This document shows, in pieces, positions 1-15,539 of a stretch of DNA of 64,000 nucleotides; position 1 is the stretch's first letter; each line of letters opens with the position of its first letter. Origin of the DNA: the human T2T-CHM13v2.0 reference genome, Homo sapiens. The notes below the pieces were generated by a model that ran no database searches, was not told the origin of the DNA, and saw only the letters and a program-made list of their open reading frames with translations. The DNA lies in assembly GCF_009914755.1 (NCBI RefSeq), contig NC_060928.1, one strand, 5' to 3'. The translations under genes and the position numbers were made by a program.

Positions 1-145
1 ATATATATGTGGTCTTAGTGAGAAGGCATGTCTGAAATATAGGCAAATTAAAGTTAGATTTTTATATTTTAAGACATATTGGCATGAAGGCTATTGTTCC
101 TTGGCTTGAATAAGAAGATTAGAAAGTGCGACAAACTTTGTCAAG

Positions 146-939
146 TGTAATAACCACATTTTCTAGTTTCTGTATTTGATATTTGACATCTGGGGCCTTG
201 TGACCCTAGAGAGACTGCCATTCCCAGGGCTAGTCAATACCTAGAGATAATAAATGCTTCACCCACCTGGGAGCGTGCGTTTCATATGCAAACCAGCTAG
301 TCCAGAGCTCATACCCAAATCACCTTCTTTTTTTGAGACAGGGTCTCACTCTGTTGCCTAGGCTGGAGTGCAGTGGAGTGATTTAAGTTCACTGCACGCC
401 TGGCTAATTTCTGTATTTTTAGTAGAGACGGGGTATTGCCATGGTGCCCAGGCTGGTCTTGAACTCCTGGAGCTCAACTGATCTGCCCGCCCCGGCCTCC
501 CAAAGTGCTGGCATTACAGGTGTGCACCACTGTGCCCGGCTTCAATCACGTCCTTTATTGTTTTCTTACACTCTAGGCCACTGTCTGCCTGGCCTAATCA
601 CCCCAGGGCCTGCTACCTGGTCCCTGACAACTAGAGACACTCCCTCCACCCCAGAGCCCGCTGAAATTATTCAAGCCAGCCAATGTGAGGCCTACTTACC
701 CTGCTGCCCACTCTGTTCCTTCTCGAGGAGACCAAAAAAGGCTCTTGCCCATGTATTCCCGTCTCTGCCTCCTGACTGACCCCAGTGTTCTACATGTCAC
801 ATCCCTCAGCCCCATGGCATGGTGCATCCCCTTCTCTTGGGATCTGTGAATATAACCAACTGTCTTGTCAATGGCAGTCATCTCCTGATCTGTTGGCCTT
901 GCAATACCTAAATAATATGAAAACCTACATTTTAAAACA
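146..939 (+). mobile_element. ERV1 solo LTR, MER39-like, interrupted by an Alu
   Basis: TG...CA ends; CCCAGGGCTAG..CCTAGAGATA, CATATGCAAACC and end AAAACCTACATTTTAAAACA resemble the MER39 family. Confidence 0.6.
326..541 (-). mobile_element. Alu, internally deleted
   Basis: Alu consensus with right-arm gap at about 397. Confidence 0.9.
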
Positions 940-1134
940 ACAACGCAATATGCATGTCATCGTAGACATTGTCTATTTTATTTTTTGTTTTGATAATTAC
1001 AAGTGTTAAAAATCTTGTTTCACAAAGATATTTTGTTGCAAATGAAATGACAGCTTTCATATCTGATTTTTCAAGGCTTCTCTCAAGGAACACCAGAATT
1101 ATCTAAGACTTTTAAAGTTCGACTCCAATTTTCT

Positions 1135-1348
1135 CTTTTTTGTAACAAGAGTCTTGCTCTGTCGCCCAGACTGGTGTGCCGTGGTACGATCTCGGCTCAC
1201 TGCAACCTCCACCTCCCGGGTTCAAGAAATTCTCCTATCTCAGCCTCCTGAATACCTGGGATTATAGGCACGTGCCACCATGCCTGGCTAATTTTTGTAT
1301 TTTTAGTAGAGATGGGGTTTCACCATGTTGGCCAGGCTAGTCTCGAAC
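1135..1348 (-). mobile_element. Alu, 5'-truncated
   Basis: Alu consensus match. Confidence 0.9.
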
Positions 1349-2393
1349 CAATACAACTTATATTAAAAAGGATATGACTGTGAATTTATGGTTCAGCTTT
1401 GATGCCATTATGACAGAAATAGTTGTTGAAAGAGTTTTAAGTGTCTCTAGATGTACTTAGCTTTCTCTTCTTAAATAAATGGACAGAGAACTTTGTAGAC
1501 ATGGAATTACGGAGAAACAATGTATATCTCTGAATGAGCAATACAGAACACGGGAGAAATAGGCTGATAATTGCTCAATAGCACGGATTATAAGAAGACT
1601 GTGTACCTATCAGGGGTCTAAAAACTTCAATAATTTTGAAGTAGTAGTGAGTGAAATGATATTTCAAGGCATGTCTAACAATTGAATTGGCTCTAAAAAT
1701 ATCTGTGATTTCTACTAGTGGAAAGTCATGAGTTTTGTTAAAACTACTGGAGTTTCTTGCCTACACTCATAATTAAGCAAAATGCTAAATTTTATTTTAA
1801 GGTTAGTGAAAACAAAGATATATTACTCCCCCAACCAAGGTTCTGGATCCAGTTTGGAACACTGTTCTAGAGCTTAATTCTCAGCCACTGCCATACTCCC
1901 TTTTCCATGGTCAGGAACAAAGGCGGCCGTGAACTCTGAGTTTAGTTCTCATTGTTAGAAGTACCTAAGCATGGTAATCCTCAAGGTAATAGACCACAAG
2001 TCTATTCCCAGCAAAGGATTACAATTAAGGGAAATGTAGGCATGTTCCCAAACTTGTGGCTTTTCTAATGGTTTTAGTGCATGCCAGAGAGTGATCATGC
2101 CAGGATGGACCTGAGCTGTTGCCAGCTAGGGGAAGATGCCTGGCAGTGGTGTCAGGACACGCATGGCCCAGAGACCCACTAAGACCAGCAGAAACCTTGA
2201 GCACTGAAGAGATGATTTCTCCCTTCTTCCCCAGGTATGTAATTAAAAATTAAAACTACAGCAAATCATAAAATAAGTATGAGGTGGTCAGACAGAGCTC
2301 TTACTTTGCCTAGGCTGACAAATTTTATGCTTTGAGAGAATGTTTAATTATCTCACAAAAAATAATTTTTGGATCCTTCTGCTTTATTACTGG

Positions 2394-3143
2394 TGTTGAA
2401 AATTAAAATGGAGACCAGGCTTGAAGAATTCCTGAGCAAACAAAGCCAGTTAAGCCACGGAGGCAACGCTGACCATGTTTGATTTGAAAACATAAGTGAA
2501 ACTTAGCTTGGGGTTATTTCTTTTGTAAATGTCTACATTAAAGTAAAATGAAACTTAAGTTCAGCCAATCAGAAGCTGCCATCTAATTTATAGGTAACTA
2601 ACTAGGAAATTTCCAGTAGGAAAGACCAAATAAGACAACTGTATAACTGTAACCAATCAAATATTTCTTTCCTTCGCTTTATGCTGTGGTTTGAATGTGT
2701 TTCCCCAAGAACATTTGTAGGAAACTTAACCCCCAAAGCAACAATGTCAAGAGGTGGGACCTTTGGGAGGTGATTAGACTAGGAGGGCTTCACGAATGGA
2801 TTAATGCTTGAGGTTGCAAGTTGGCTTGCTTGCCCTTCCACCCTCTGCCATGGGGTGATGCAGCAAGAAGGCCCTCGCCAGATGCTGGCACCTTGATATT
2901 GGATTTCCTAGTCTCCAGAACTGTGAGAAATAAATTTCTTTACTCTATACATTAATTACTCAGTCTGTGGTATTCTGTGAAGCAACACAAAACTAAGACA
3001 CTTTACCTTCATGTGCACCCTGTAAAAGACTTCCTCTTGCATCCCCTTGGCAGAGCCCAAACCAGCTTTGATTTGGTGTTTCCTGATTCACAAATCACTA
3101 CTCAAATAAACTCTTTAAAATTTTATTGTGCCTTAGTTTAACA
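2394..3143 (+). mobile_element. ERV1-class solo LTR with nested MST
   Basis: TGTTGAAAA...TTTAACA ends, 4-bp TSD CTGG, CCAAT boxes, AATAAA. Confidence 0.7.
2682..3000 (+). mobile_element. MaLR LTR (MSTB-like)
   Basis: TGCTGTGGTTTGAATGTG...ACTAAGACA; 5-bp TSD CTTTA. Confidence 0.85.
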
Positions 3144-4591
3144 CTGGTCAAATGCGTACTTTGTCTGAGTGTTGGGTAATTCAGCACTGGTTAAAGTATT
3201 GTAAGTAAGGGAAATACATTTTCATCTTGGAGCCCAATTAAGCTCCCTTCCCAAAGGGGCAGATGACCCCAACGATGGCAGCTTGCTGTAATGTGTGTTC
3301 CTGGATCGGCGATCTGTTGGGTTGCAAGGACAGGGAAGGTTGATAAAGGAAAAGCATACATTACAGCAAGGTGTGATTCCTGGGTAACAGAGACAACAGA
3401 CTGCCTGCATTGCCTAGTTGAGTGTTGAAGGGAGAAAACGTTGTAAAAAAATCAACTAATAAATGATACTTAAGTCAAACATTGAACATACTGCATTAAA
3501 AAAGACCAAGAACGATCTGCAAATAATAATAAGGACTAGGAACCAAGAAAGCCATCTGAGTGCATTTGACACGAGCCCAGAATAGCTTGACAAATGTGCC
3601 CCTGAAAAGTGGCAAACAGGAGTTTCAGCAGAATTGGAGTCGCTTACATGGGAGCAGGGGTGATTCCTTTAGATACTCTAGAAGAAAGGTTCCCACCAGT
3701 TCCTCAGGGACAAAATACAGATATGTACTCTAAAGCCAGCACTTCTCACACTTTCCTATGACCATCCTCTTCAGGACAGAAAAGTAGAAAAGGACTTCTG
3801 GGAGGTTAGGGAAATAGTCCAAAGCAGCCTATTTTAAACTCCCTAAGCTCAAATTTTCTTTGAATTTGCATGCTTCATTTAAAAAATATGTGTGGATTTA
3901 CATTTTACTCCATTAATATATCTGCAATTGTCTCAGCATGAAAGCGTTTTTACACTGTGTTAATATCACCACATAAAATAATTCCTGTAAGTTCTGATCT
4001 GTCCTGTGCACTTTGCCTAACTCAGCCTTCTACAGCATATCTCTGGGGATATATTTACCCACATTTGAGAAACAGCACCTTGAATTATGTATAATAAAAT
4101 GAAGATGTTAACACTTACGAAGTCTCAATAAATTCTTTGGCTATTTTTGTAAAGAAAACTAAAGAACTTTTCCAGGATCTATCTATATATCGTCTGTCTT
4201 TCTGTTTCCCGATGGTGACAAAGAATCACTCCACAGATTGTTCACTAATTGCAAAAAGAAAAGAACTGTTACCATAGAGAGACCTGGCACTCACCATCTT
4301 AACCAAGTGCTCAAACAGTGTCCTTAACACCTAATGGAGCATTCCAATCTTATGGGGAAAAAAGCGGGGGAACTAAAGAGATATAATAACCAAATGCAAA
4401 TATATGATGGGATACTGCTCTGGAAAAACACACCTATAAAAGACATTTATGGGATTTGTGAAATTTGAATATAAACTGTAAATTAGAGGATATTATCAAA
4501 TTACTATTAATTTTTAGATATAAAAAGGGTATTGTTTATGTATGAGACTGTCTATATTTCTAGGAGAAGATTAATGTATTAATATTTATAG

Positions 4592-4896
<305 letters not shown>

Positions 4897-4944
4897 CAAG
4901 TGTCATGACTTCTACAATGTACTTTCAAAAGGCTCAGCCAAATA

Positions 4945-4963
4945 TAGACAGACAGACACATAG

Positions 4964-5024
<61 letters not shown>

Positions 5025-5066
5025 CAGAAAGAGAGAAAGAGAGAGACAGAGAGAGAGAAAGAGAAA
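4945..5066. repeat. Compound (CA)n(GA)n microsatellite
   Basis: Directly visible. Confidence 0.95.
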
Positions 5067-5560
5067 GCAAATATGGTAAAATGTTAACAAACAACCATTG
5101 AACCTGAGCAAAGGATATATGGGTCTATTGTATTTTCTTTCAGCCTTTATTAGAATAAAAGGTTTGAAAGAAATAAATTCAATATCTAAAAGAGTTTTGT
5201 GATTCTACCAGGAAAGAAGGATATAGAAAAACTGCAAAATTCCATCTAACTCATGGTCTTCAGAGCTAGATAACAGACACTATATTAAAGACTTGCAGAA
5301 ATATGGACGCTGACCAAGCAGACTGGATGGGGATGTGGTCCTCTGTAATGAGGCAAAAGTAAGAAATAGAGATGTAGACTATGTGGACTCTAAGGGCTAC
5401 AGGACCACCCCTTGAGAATCACTCTAAGGAGGGCTCTGTATGTTCCATCAAGGTCACCAGCAACATTCAGTCATCCTCCTGGCAAGGAATTGTCCTGGAA
5501 AGGCATCTCTCAAATTGTTGGGTTGACACAATGGTCTCCCTGGTGAATGTTATGGGCTGA

Positions 5561-5949
<389 letters not shown>

Positions 5950-6008
5950 GGAGATAGGGCCTTTAAAGAGGTGACTGAATTAAAATTAGGCCATTAATGT
6001 GGGTCCTA

Positions 6009-6350
<342 letters not shown>

Positions 6351-7107
6351 TAAAAAGAGGAAATTTGGACAGAAAAATAGACACTAAGGATGTATATACA
6401 CAGAAGAAAGACCACCTGGGGACACAGTGAGAAGGCTGGTCTCTGCAGGCCAAGAAGAGAGGCCTCAGAAGAAACCAAACCTACTGACTCCTTGGACTTT
6501 CCAGCCTCCAGAACTATGAGAAAATAAATTTCTGTTGCTTAAGCCACCCAGTTTGTGGTATTTAGTCATAGCAGTTCTTGCAAACTAATATGGTGGGTAA
6601 TCATATTCCAACCTTGCGAAGATTTAGATTTAGGAGTAGAAATGTTTAAGAGGATATTATCTACAGTATTCATATTTTTGTATTAATGTGTACATTACTT
6701 ACTGTAAGTAGTTGCAATGTTTAAGAGAATTTGGTCTGTTGAAACTAGAGATCAGTCTTGTGTTTCCTAAACACCAAAGGGAGTGACTTACATTCTAAGT
6801 CAGATTGTTACTAAGATCTTTTAAGAACTTAAAAATCACCATATTTATGTGTTTGATCTACTAGATTTGTATGCATTATTTAGGTTCCCAGGAAAGTTTT
6901 GACATTAAATTGAATAATTATTGATATTAAGAAAATAAATAATGTTAAATTTATAAATGCACTTTAAGAGGTTTTAAGGAGTTTATCTAATAGCATTTGT
7001 TAATGGAACCAAACCATATTTAGGCCCTTCAAGTGCTTTTAAAATTTGCTATATTTCTGAAAGAACAACAAGAATTCTAAGTTGAACTTAAATCTTAAGG
7101 TCAATGA

Positions 7108-7404
<297 letters not shown>

Positions 7405-8370
7405 GGTAAGCGAAGTTTTTAAGTTGTAACTTTAGTAAATTAAATATTAATTTTTAAAGCTAAGTAACCTCTGAATAACCTTTTTCGATGCATAAAAGCC
7501 AACCTCAAGGGCATCAAAAGAGTCATCTACGTTTATATTTGAACTCTGTAACTTCTGAATAATGTGCAAAGCATGTCCTCTGGGATCCGAGGGACCAGGT
7601 GTAATGGGGTTAAGTTGAATTCAAAGCTTGAACACGTAGCCTTCTTGTTTTCTGTAACTATTCTCTTCTTGTCCAGAAGGCCCCGTTTCCTCTGATGGCG
7701 AGATAGAGTGATGAAGTGAAGGTAGATCACCAAACATAAACTTTCCAAGTAAAGGTAGCCAGAGTCTACTTTGGGGTTAACCTAATCTCTTTTGGGGAAA
7801 TGCTCAGCGTTTTAGGCATTTTCTTCTCTCCTCTTCCCTTAGCCAAGATGGCCTTGGGGAGAGGGAAAGTTTATGCACTCACGTGGCATTGGTGGTGTTG
7901 TGGCTGGTTCACAGTGGGCTTTTGTTTGGCCCAGTGGGCACTTGCTGGGCTCTCGTTGCAGTGTTTTGTCCCACTGAAACCAGGTCATTGGTCTCTGATG
8001 TCATCGCCTCCTCTTGACCTCCAGTGGCATTGTTGCATTGCCTCGGAGCTCTGCAGGCTGACTAGGCCTTTTGGACTTTCCAGTTTTATCCAAAGCACAC
8101 AGGAGGCCCCTACAAAAGAACACTCCCCAGGAACCTTTGTCTCAGGAAATCTTTCCAGCGTCTGCCTCTGAACTACTCTCTGTCCTGTCCTCTACTCCAG
8201 ACTTTTCCCTTGTGATTAAGTTCTTGTCTCCTTGGACTAGGTCCTTTGTATCAGACAGAAAGCTGCCCTTATGTGGGTGGGGGCATAAGTCTCTCTTTGG
8301 TTCCACCCTATAACCCTGGGCCAGCCCTTCTTATTCTCAAGCAGAGTCCTGGATCCTGAGACCCTAGCCT

Positions 8371-8462
8371 GAACCTGTATCCCATCCCCATAATTTGAGT
8401 AGGTGAAGCAAAAATGAATCTGTACCCCATCCCCATAATTTGAGTAGGTGAAGCAAAAATGA
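8371..8462. repeat. 45-bp tandem duplication
   Basis: GAA(C/T)CTGTA(T/C)CCCATCCCCATAATTTGAGTAGGTGAAGCAAAAAT x2, 2 mismatches. Confidence 0.95.
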
Positions 8463-8469
8463 TCAAATC

Positions 8470-8602
8470 TGGCCAGGCATGGTGGCTCATCCCTGTTGTT
8501 CCAGCACTTTGGGGGGCTGAGGCGGGAGAACTGCTTGAGCCCAGGAGTCTGAGACCAGCCTAGGCAACATAGTGAGACCTTGTTTCCACAAACAAACAAA
8601 CA
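8470..8602 (+). mobile_element. FLAM/Alu left monomer
   Basis: Monomer with (CAAA)n tail. Confidence 0.85.
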
Positions 8603-9501
8603 ACCCAATCTGTGAATGCCAAGATTGCTTAAGAATTAACAAATAGCATTTGAAAAAGATGTAAGAATTGTTAGGAACATAAAAGTTATAGGATACTAAT
8701 TCCTTTAAAATAAAAATGCAAAGTTTCTTCCTAATTAACTTTTTTCTAACACTTAGGTTTGAGATAATTAGAAGAAAAGTTTACATATAGATTAGCGTCA
8801 CTATTAGCCAAATAGTGCCTTTATAAAAATCACAGAGAGGCCTTTTTCTCTGGTGGTGGGGTGTGGCATAGAGTCCTAAGCAGGACTCACAGCTTGGCAA
8901 GGCAAGAGGAGCACAGACTGGATTTTGGTCCCTACTCACCCGTCAGGTGGTTGCTTTTTGGTAATAAACATCCTGCCCAATCATACGAAGTGGCCTGATA
9001 TAGATGATATTTATTAACTACATGACCTTGGGCAAACATCTCAGTCCTTAGAACTTTAGATGCCTCATATAACAAGTGAGAGGGGCTGACCTCTGAGGTC
9101 CTTTGTATCTACAAATACTATGCTCCACGGCATCAGTAATTTTTTTTTTCTTTTTTTTAACTAAATGAGAGTCTTCACAGAAAGTAGAGGAAGTACCAAA
9201 TGCTGGCCACCGGAAGGAACCAGTCTGAAAAGTAGAAGTGACAGAAACCCATGGGCAAAAGTGGTCAGGTTATTCTAGAGTTCATGATAGGGAGAGTTGG
9301 ACATCATTAGATATATATCCGAGACTTTGGTAAGACACATCTAAAAATTTTTCCTAAATAATAAGATTCCCTGGACAGAGACTCCCAAAGGGAAGATGAC
9401 AAGTGTTTGGGAGAAGTGCTGCAAAATGAAATCTCTATCTTCCAAACAGGATGATGTGGAACAGAAAAAAAGGGGGAGAGTTATTTAAAGAGAGACACAC
9501 T

Positions 9502-9635
9502 TGGCCAGGCGTATTGGTTCAGGGCACTTTGGGAGGCCGACACAGGTGGATCACTTGAGGCCAGGAGTTCAAGACCAGTCTGGCCAATATGGTGAAACCC
9601 CATCTCTACAAAAACTAAAAAAAAAATAGCTGGAT
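9502..9635 (+). mobile_element. Alu left arm
   Basis: Alu consensus match. Confidence 0.85.
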
Positions 9636-11609
9636 GCTAATGCTCTGAGATGACAGATTTTTGGAACTGTGGATGTAAAGCCCATAGACCTTAACATTAG
9701 TGTGTCCAGTCCCATGACATTTCATTAGCTTATGGCTTCTGCTCCAGAGACTCCCACCATTTCCCCATTGATAAGGGAGAGGAAGGAGGAAGTAAGAGAT
9801 TATTTAAAAACAGTTGTGAAACTACCAAGGTCTGTGGTTGAGAGTTGGTTTTCTAACCAACCTTTGTCTAGTCTAGTCTAACCTTTGACTACAGACATCA
9901 TATAAGGGACACGGTTGCCTCAGATGCAGAAGATATCAGGAAGGGCTGATTTGTTCCACACTATTTGACCACACTGATTGCAACAGGATGTGGACATGTT
10001 TTGCTATGAGTGTGTCCTAAAACATTGGAAAGAAACCCCACATCCTGTCACCCTCCCTGAGGGCAAGGACACTTAGAGTGGAGAAATCTGAGGTTTAACC
10101 TGTGCTGGGGATGATGACTGATACAACAAAGGATATAGGACCTCACCTAATGAATTTCAAAGATTGCTGATGTAAGATGCACCAAGAACAAATGTTGGTG
10201 TCCTGGTAGTAGAGCAGGGGACCCCTTGTGAGACCTGTCTTTGATCTTGGGAACACAAATCTTACAACATATTTATGACTGTGAAGGCAAAAGAAATCTT
10301 CAACGATGAGGTCTGGAAATTCTGAATATTCTATGCAAAGTATTAGAATTTCACAAGAGAGGACTTTGCTCAGAAGAGAAAAATGAACAGGCACCAAGTG
10401 GTAATTCACAGAAGTGTCATTCCCATGCTCTTAACTCTCAAGTGTGTTTTGAGATCAGGAAACATGGAGTCCTTATTCTCACTGTGTCCCCTGTTTGAAG
10501 ACTGATTAATTAAGATGTCATTCATGACATGGTGAGCCATCTTGAGATATTTGAATATCCTGCCACCATGGGAACCCAGACCTACCTCTGGACTAATTAT
10601 TGGGAGGGGATTGTGGGAAAGAATAATGACTGGGAAATAGAAATCTTTAAGATGCTCTTGAGCAGAACAAATTTCTCCTCCAATAAAGATGTCCATGTGT
10701 TTGTATTTGGCATGGATAATACCATGTATTCTGTAACCCCAATTCTTTAGTATTAGCTCTTTGTGAAAACCTTCTTAGAAACAAGGTGATTTCACTAGAT
10801 TGTGTTTGGGGGCTATAATTTTATGATCCTATGAAAGATTGTCCCCTACTTTGCCACTTCTGCCAATAAGACCTCTATGTCCTGTCTGCTCTCTTGTTCC
10901 CCCAAATAAAGCTTGGATTTCTGTACCATTAACTATCTGCCCAGCATACAAACCTTTAAGTAAGAAAGAAAGCTTCCTCTTAACCTTCATCCAAAAAAAA
11001 AACAAAAACACACACAAACAAAAGAAAATCTGAACTAGGAATAGAGAGCTTTGGGGCTTCTTAAGTACAATGACTAATAAAATATAAACATACTTGCTGT
11101 CTCCAGGGGGTTTATAATTAAAATCATAATGTATATTGACATTGTTTATCAGGGTAAAGACTATACTAATTGGCAGGAATAGAATACTCTTTTCTTTTTT
11201 TCAAAAGTATAAGTACTGAAAAATTTGACCAATCTCTGTGTTCTACTTACTACTTCTAATGAAGACCTGACAATTCTACATTAATTTAACAGTAACTTTA
11301 AGCATTGGATATGTTGATTTGTAATTATCAGGAGAGACTGAGATCAAGCATTTATGTTGGTATATACATTACTAGAAATGATACAAAAATAGGGCTTTAA
11401 TAAAATGAAGAAACTTTTTTTTATTTATATGCACCTAACAGAAACTGAGATCAGTATGTGCAACCTATGTCTCTGCCAAATTTATCCTCCTTCCAGCCCT
11501 ACCTTGGAGAGGGGTAATCATCTAAAATTAAACTATTTGCAGACAATTTTTCTTGGAAATGTAATGTTAACAGAGGCAATTATTTTTCTTTAGGCTATAG
11601 AAAGACAAA

Positions 11610-11753
11610 TTTTTATTTATTTATTTTTTATTTTAAAAAATAATGGAGTGGCAGGGTCTTGCTGTGTTGCCCAGGGTGGGCTTGAATTCCTGGGCTCAAG
11701 TGATCCTCCCACTTTGGTCTCTCAAAGTGCTGAGATTACAGGCATTACTGGCC
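11610..11753 (-). mobile_element. FLAM/Alu monomer
   Basis: Monomer; TSD TAGAAA(G/A)ACAAATT. Confidence 0.85.
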
Positions 11754-12026
11754 TAGAAAAACAAATTCTGAATAAGTATGATAAGACAAATTCCTTGCCA
11801 GCAACTCAATTTTAGAAAATATAGTTTTTAATCTCAGGTAGCTTGGGATGGCAGAAACAAACTGTCTTACTGTTTATTCTTGAAATATACACTAAGAAAC
11901 CTATATTCATAAGAAGAACTCTTTTAAAAGGGATAACATTTCATAAAAACTTTATTATTGACTTACATTTAACATATGAGCTGTAGTATTCTTCTAGAAT
12001 TTTATATTCGTTTTTATTTTCTTGAG

Positions 12027-12405
<379 letters not shown>

Positions 12406-12589
12406 TAAAGGCATTCCATGACTATTGAAGTCAACTAGTTTAAGTCTAATGAAGACCTGATTAAAGTTAAATATTTACCAAAATAAAAACAATTATTATT
12501 ACCAAAGTAACACCAATCTTTAAAAATCATTCCAAAAAATTAAAGTATCCTGCAGGGACTATATTCAGCATGAGAGATGAAGTAGGGAA

Positions 12590-12994
12590 TGTCAGGACTC
12601 TGAGCCTAAGCTAAGCCATCATATCCCTAGTGACCTGCATGTATACATCCAGATGGCCGGTTCCTGCCTTAACTGGTGATATTCCGCCACAAAAGAAGTG
12701 AAAATGGCCTGTTCCTGCCTTAACTGATGACATTACCTTGTGAAATTCCTTCTCCTGGCTCATCCTGGCTCAAAAGCTCCCCCTCTGAGCACCTTGTGAC
12801 CCCCCACCCCTGCCCACCAGAGAAAAACCCCCCTTTTTCCTTTACCTACCCAAATCTTATAAAACGGCCCCACCCCTATCTCCCTTCCCTGACTCTCTTT
12901 TCGGACTCAGCCCACCTGCACCCAGGTGAAATAAACAGCCTTGTTGCTCACACAAAGCCTGTTTGGTGGTCTCTTCACATGGACGTGCGTGAAA
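12590..12994 (+). mobile_element. HERV-H solo LTR (LTR7)
   Basis: TGTCAGG...GTGAAA termini, LTR7 U3 repeats GTTCCTGCCTTAACTG, TATA and AATAAA; 5-bp TSD GGGAA; no PBS downstream. Confidence 0.93.
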
Positions 12995-13419
12995 GGGAAT
13001 TTGTCACAGAACATTCAGCAGACAAACTTAAAGAGGGAATTTTAAACTAGCTTTCAGAACCTAGGCTCAGAGGCAGTACTCAAGTGAGGTCCTGCTGCAG
13101 ATGACAACTGCAAAAGAAAATGAACATTGATTTTCTCCAAGTTAGACTCATTTATTTAGCTGTTACTCATAAAGTAGAAGCCAGGTAAGCAGTAGTGTTG
13201 ACTCATACATAATTTGCAAAAGAGTTGATAAACTCGGACAACAGCAGTGGGACTGCTTTATAGTTTCAAAAGCCTCTTAACATCTTCTCTGTTTTGAGTG
13301 CATCATCTTCTCTAAGATGAATTATCTTCAGACCAAATTATATAAGTCAATCTGCAATGGAACAAGCTGGAGGAGATTTAGATTCACTATCTAGAGAAAA
13401 GTGTTCATTTGTTTAAAAG

Positions 13420-15254
13420 AAATACTTTAAACTGAGGGAATTCATCACCACTAGACCAGTCCTACAAGAAATGTTTGAGAGTCCTTCATCTAGAAGTGAA
13501 AGTGTCAGGCCTCTGAGCCCAAGCTAAGCCATCATATGCCCTGTGACCTGCACATATACATCCAGATGGCCGGAAGCAACTGAAGATCCACAAAAGTGAA
13601 AATGGCCTGTTCCTGCCTTAACTGATGACATTCCACCATTGCGATTTGTTCCTGCCCCACCTTAACTGAACTATTAACCTTGTGAAATTCCTCCTCCTGG
13701 CTCAGAACCTCCCCCACTGAGCACCTTGTGACCCCCGCCCCTGCCCATAAGAGAAAAACCCCCTTTGACTGTAATTTTCCACTACCCACCCAAATCCTGT
13801 AAAACAGCCCCACCCCATCTCCCTTTGCTGACTCTCTTTTCGGACTCAGCCCGCCTGTACCCAGGTGAAATAAACAGCCTTGTTGTTCACACAAAGCCTG
13901 TTTGGTGGTCTCTTCACATGGACACACATGACAGAAAGGATGATGTCTACCATCAAGAAAACACATAAGACTGTAAAACTCACTGGCATAGCAGATACAC
14001 AAATGAGAAAGAGAAAGGAATCAAATGTTACCACTACAGAAAACCACCAAACCGCAATGATAAATAATGAAAGAGACAAAAGATCAATGAAACAAAAAGT
14101 TGGTTCTTTGCAAAGAAAAACAAAATTGATAAACTGCTAGCTAGAATAACCAAGAAGAGATAAGATCCAAATAAACATAATCAGAAATGAAAAAGGAGAC
14201 ATGACAACAGACACCAGAAATGCAAAAGGTCATCAGCGAGAATTATGAACAACTATATGCTCAAAAACTAGGAAACCTAGAGGGAATTGATTAAATACCA
14301 GGAAACATACTACCTTCTAAGATTAAACCAGGAAGAAACAGAAAACCTCAACAGACCAATAATGAGATTACATCATAATAAAAAGTCTCCCCACAAAGAA
14401 AGGCCCAGAACTGGATCACTTTATTGCTGAATTCTATCAAGCTTATAAAGAACTAACACTAATTCTTCTCAAATCATTCCAAAAAATTAAAGAGGAGGGA
14501 AATCTTTCTAACTCATTCTGTAAGGCCAGCATTACCTGATGCTAAAACCAGACAAGGACACACAAAAAAAGAAAACTATGAGAGAAAAATATCTCTCAGG
14601 AACATAGATGTAAAAATCCTCATCAAAATACTAGCAAACTAAATCTAACAACCATCAAAAATATAATACACCATGATCAAGTGGGATTTATCCCAGGAAT
14701 GCAAAAAATGGTTCCACATATGCAAATCAATAAATGTGATACATTAACCAAAGGAAGGACAAAAACCATATGATCATCTCAATAAACACAGAAAAAGCAT
14801 TTGATAAAATTTAACATCCTTCATGATAAAACGTCTCAACAAGTTAGGCGTAAAAGAAACATACCTCAAAATAACAAAAGCCATATATGACAAACCCACA
14901 GCTAACATCATACCACCTGGGGAAAAGCTAAAAGCCTTTCCTCTAAGAACTGGAATAAGACAATGATGCTCACCTTTACTATTCTTATTCAACATAGTGC
15001 TGGAAGTCCTAGCCTGATCGATTAGGAAAGAGGAAGAAATAAGGACATAATCCAAGTTGGAAAAGAAGTGAAAGTGTCTCTCTTTACAGATGACATGATC
15101 TTATACTTAGAAAAACCTAAAGACTACCAAAAAAGTCTTACAAATGATAAGTAAATCCAGTAAAGTTGAAGGATACAAAAACCAATATACAAAAATTGGT
15201 AGTTTCTATATAACCAGGATGAACTAATTAAAAAGAAATCAAGAAAGCAATCCC
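13420..15254 (+). mobile_element. Old L1 (L1PB/L1MA-type) internal fragment, interrupted by LTR7 and ended by TPT1 retrocopy
   Basis: ORF1-end/inter-ORF sequence, then a jump at about 14076 to ORF2 sequence (KINETKSW...; RT region). Confidence 0.85.
13503..13933 (+). mobile_element. HERV-H solo LTR (LTR7B/C-like) inserted in an old L1
   Basis: TGTCAGG...TGACA termini, GAAGCAACTGAAGATCCACAAAAG variant U3; 5-bp TSD GAAAG. Confidence 0.92.
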
Positions 15255-15261
15255 GCATTTC

Positions 15262-15539
15262 CACCCACTTCCCCACCCAGTGCCACTCTGGCTACCCTGC
15301 ACTCGCTCTGAGCTCCAGGCTTCTGCTAAGTTAGCAACACCATGGTCTCCCTTTAGCTGCTCTCATGATTACCTACCCTGGCATCATCAGCCACAATAGT
15401 TCAACATGTATAAGATTTGGGAGATTGCAGACAGGCTTGCCTGGAGTTGGAGGGAAAGATGGTAAGTAGGACGCAGGGTAACACTGATGACTTGTTCATT
15501 GGTGGAAATGCCTCTGCTGAAGGCCCTTAGGGCAAAGGT
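15262..15539 (+). pseudogene. 5' fragment of a TPT1 (TCTP) processed pseudogene
   Basis: TPT1-like 5'UTR, ATG at 15365, degenerate [28 protein letters not shown] (TCTP motif); intronless. Confidence 0.88.

Noticed and set aside
8371-8462. CRISPR-like repeat array
   Set aside because: Only two adjacent copies with no spacer, eukaryotic context, no cas genes
7500-11500. Hidden exons or lncRNA in the repeat-poor stretch
   Set aside because: No recognisable protein similarity or convincing splice structure from sequence alone; would need RNA-seq or conservation data
12590-13933. Deleted HERV-H provirus (LTR-internal-LTR)
   Set aside because: Each LTR has its own TSD, the subtypes differ, and there is no PBS/PPT or retroviral sequence between them
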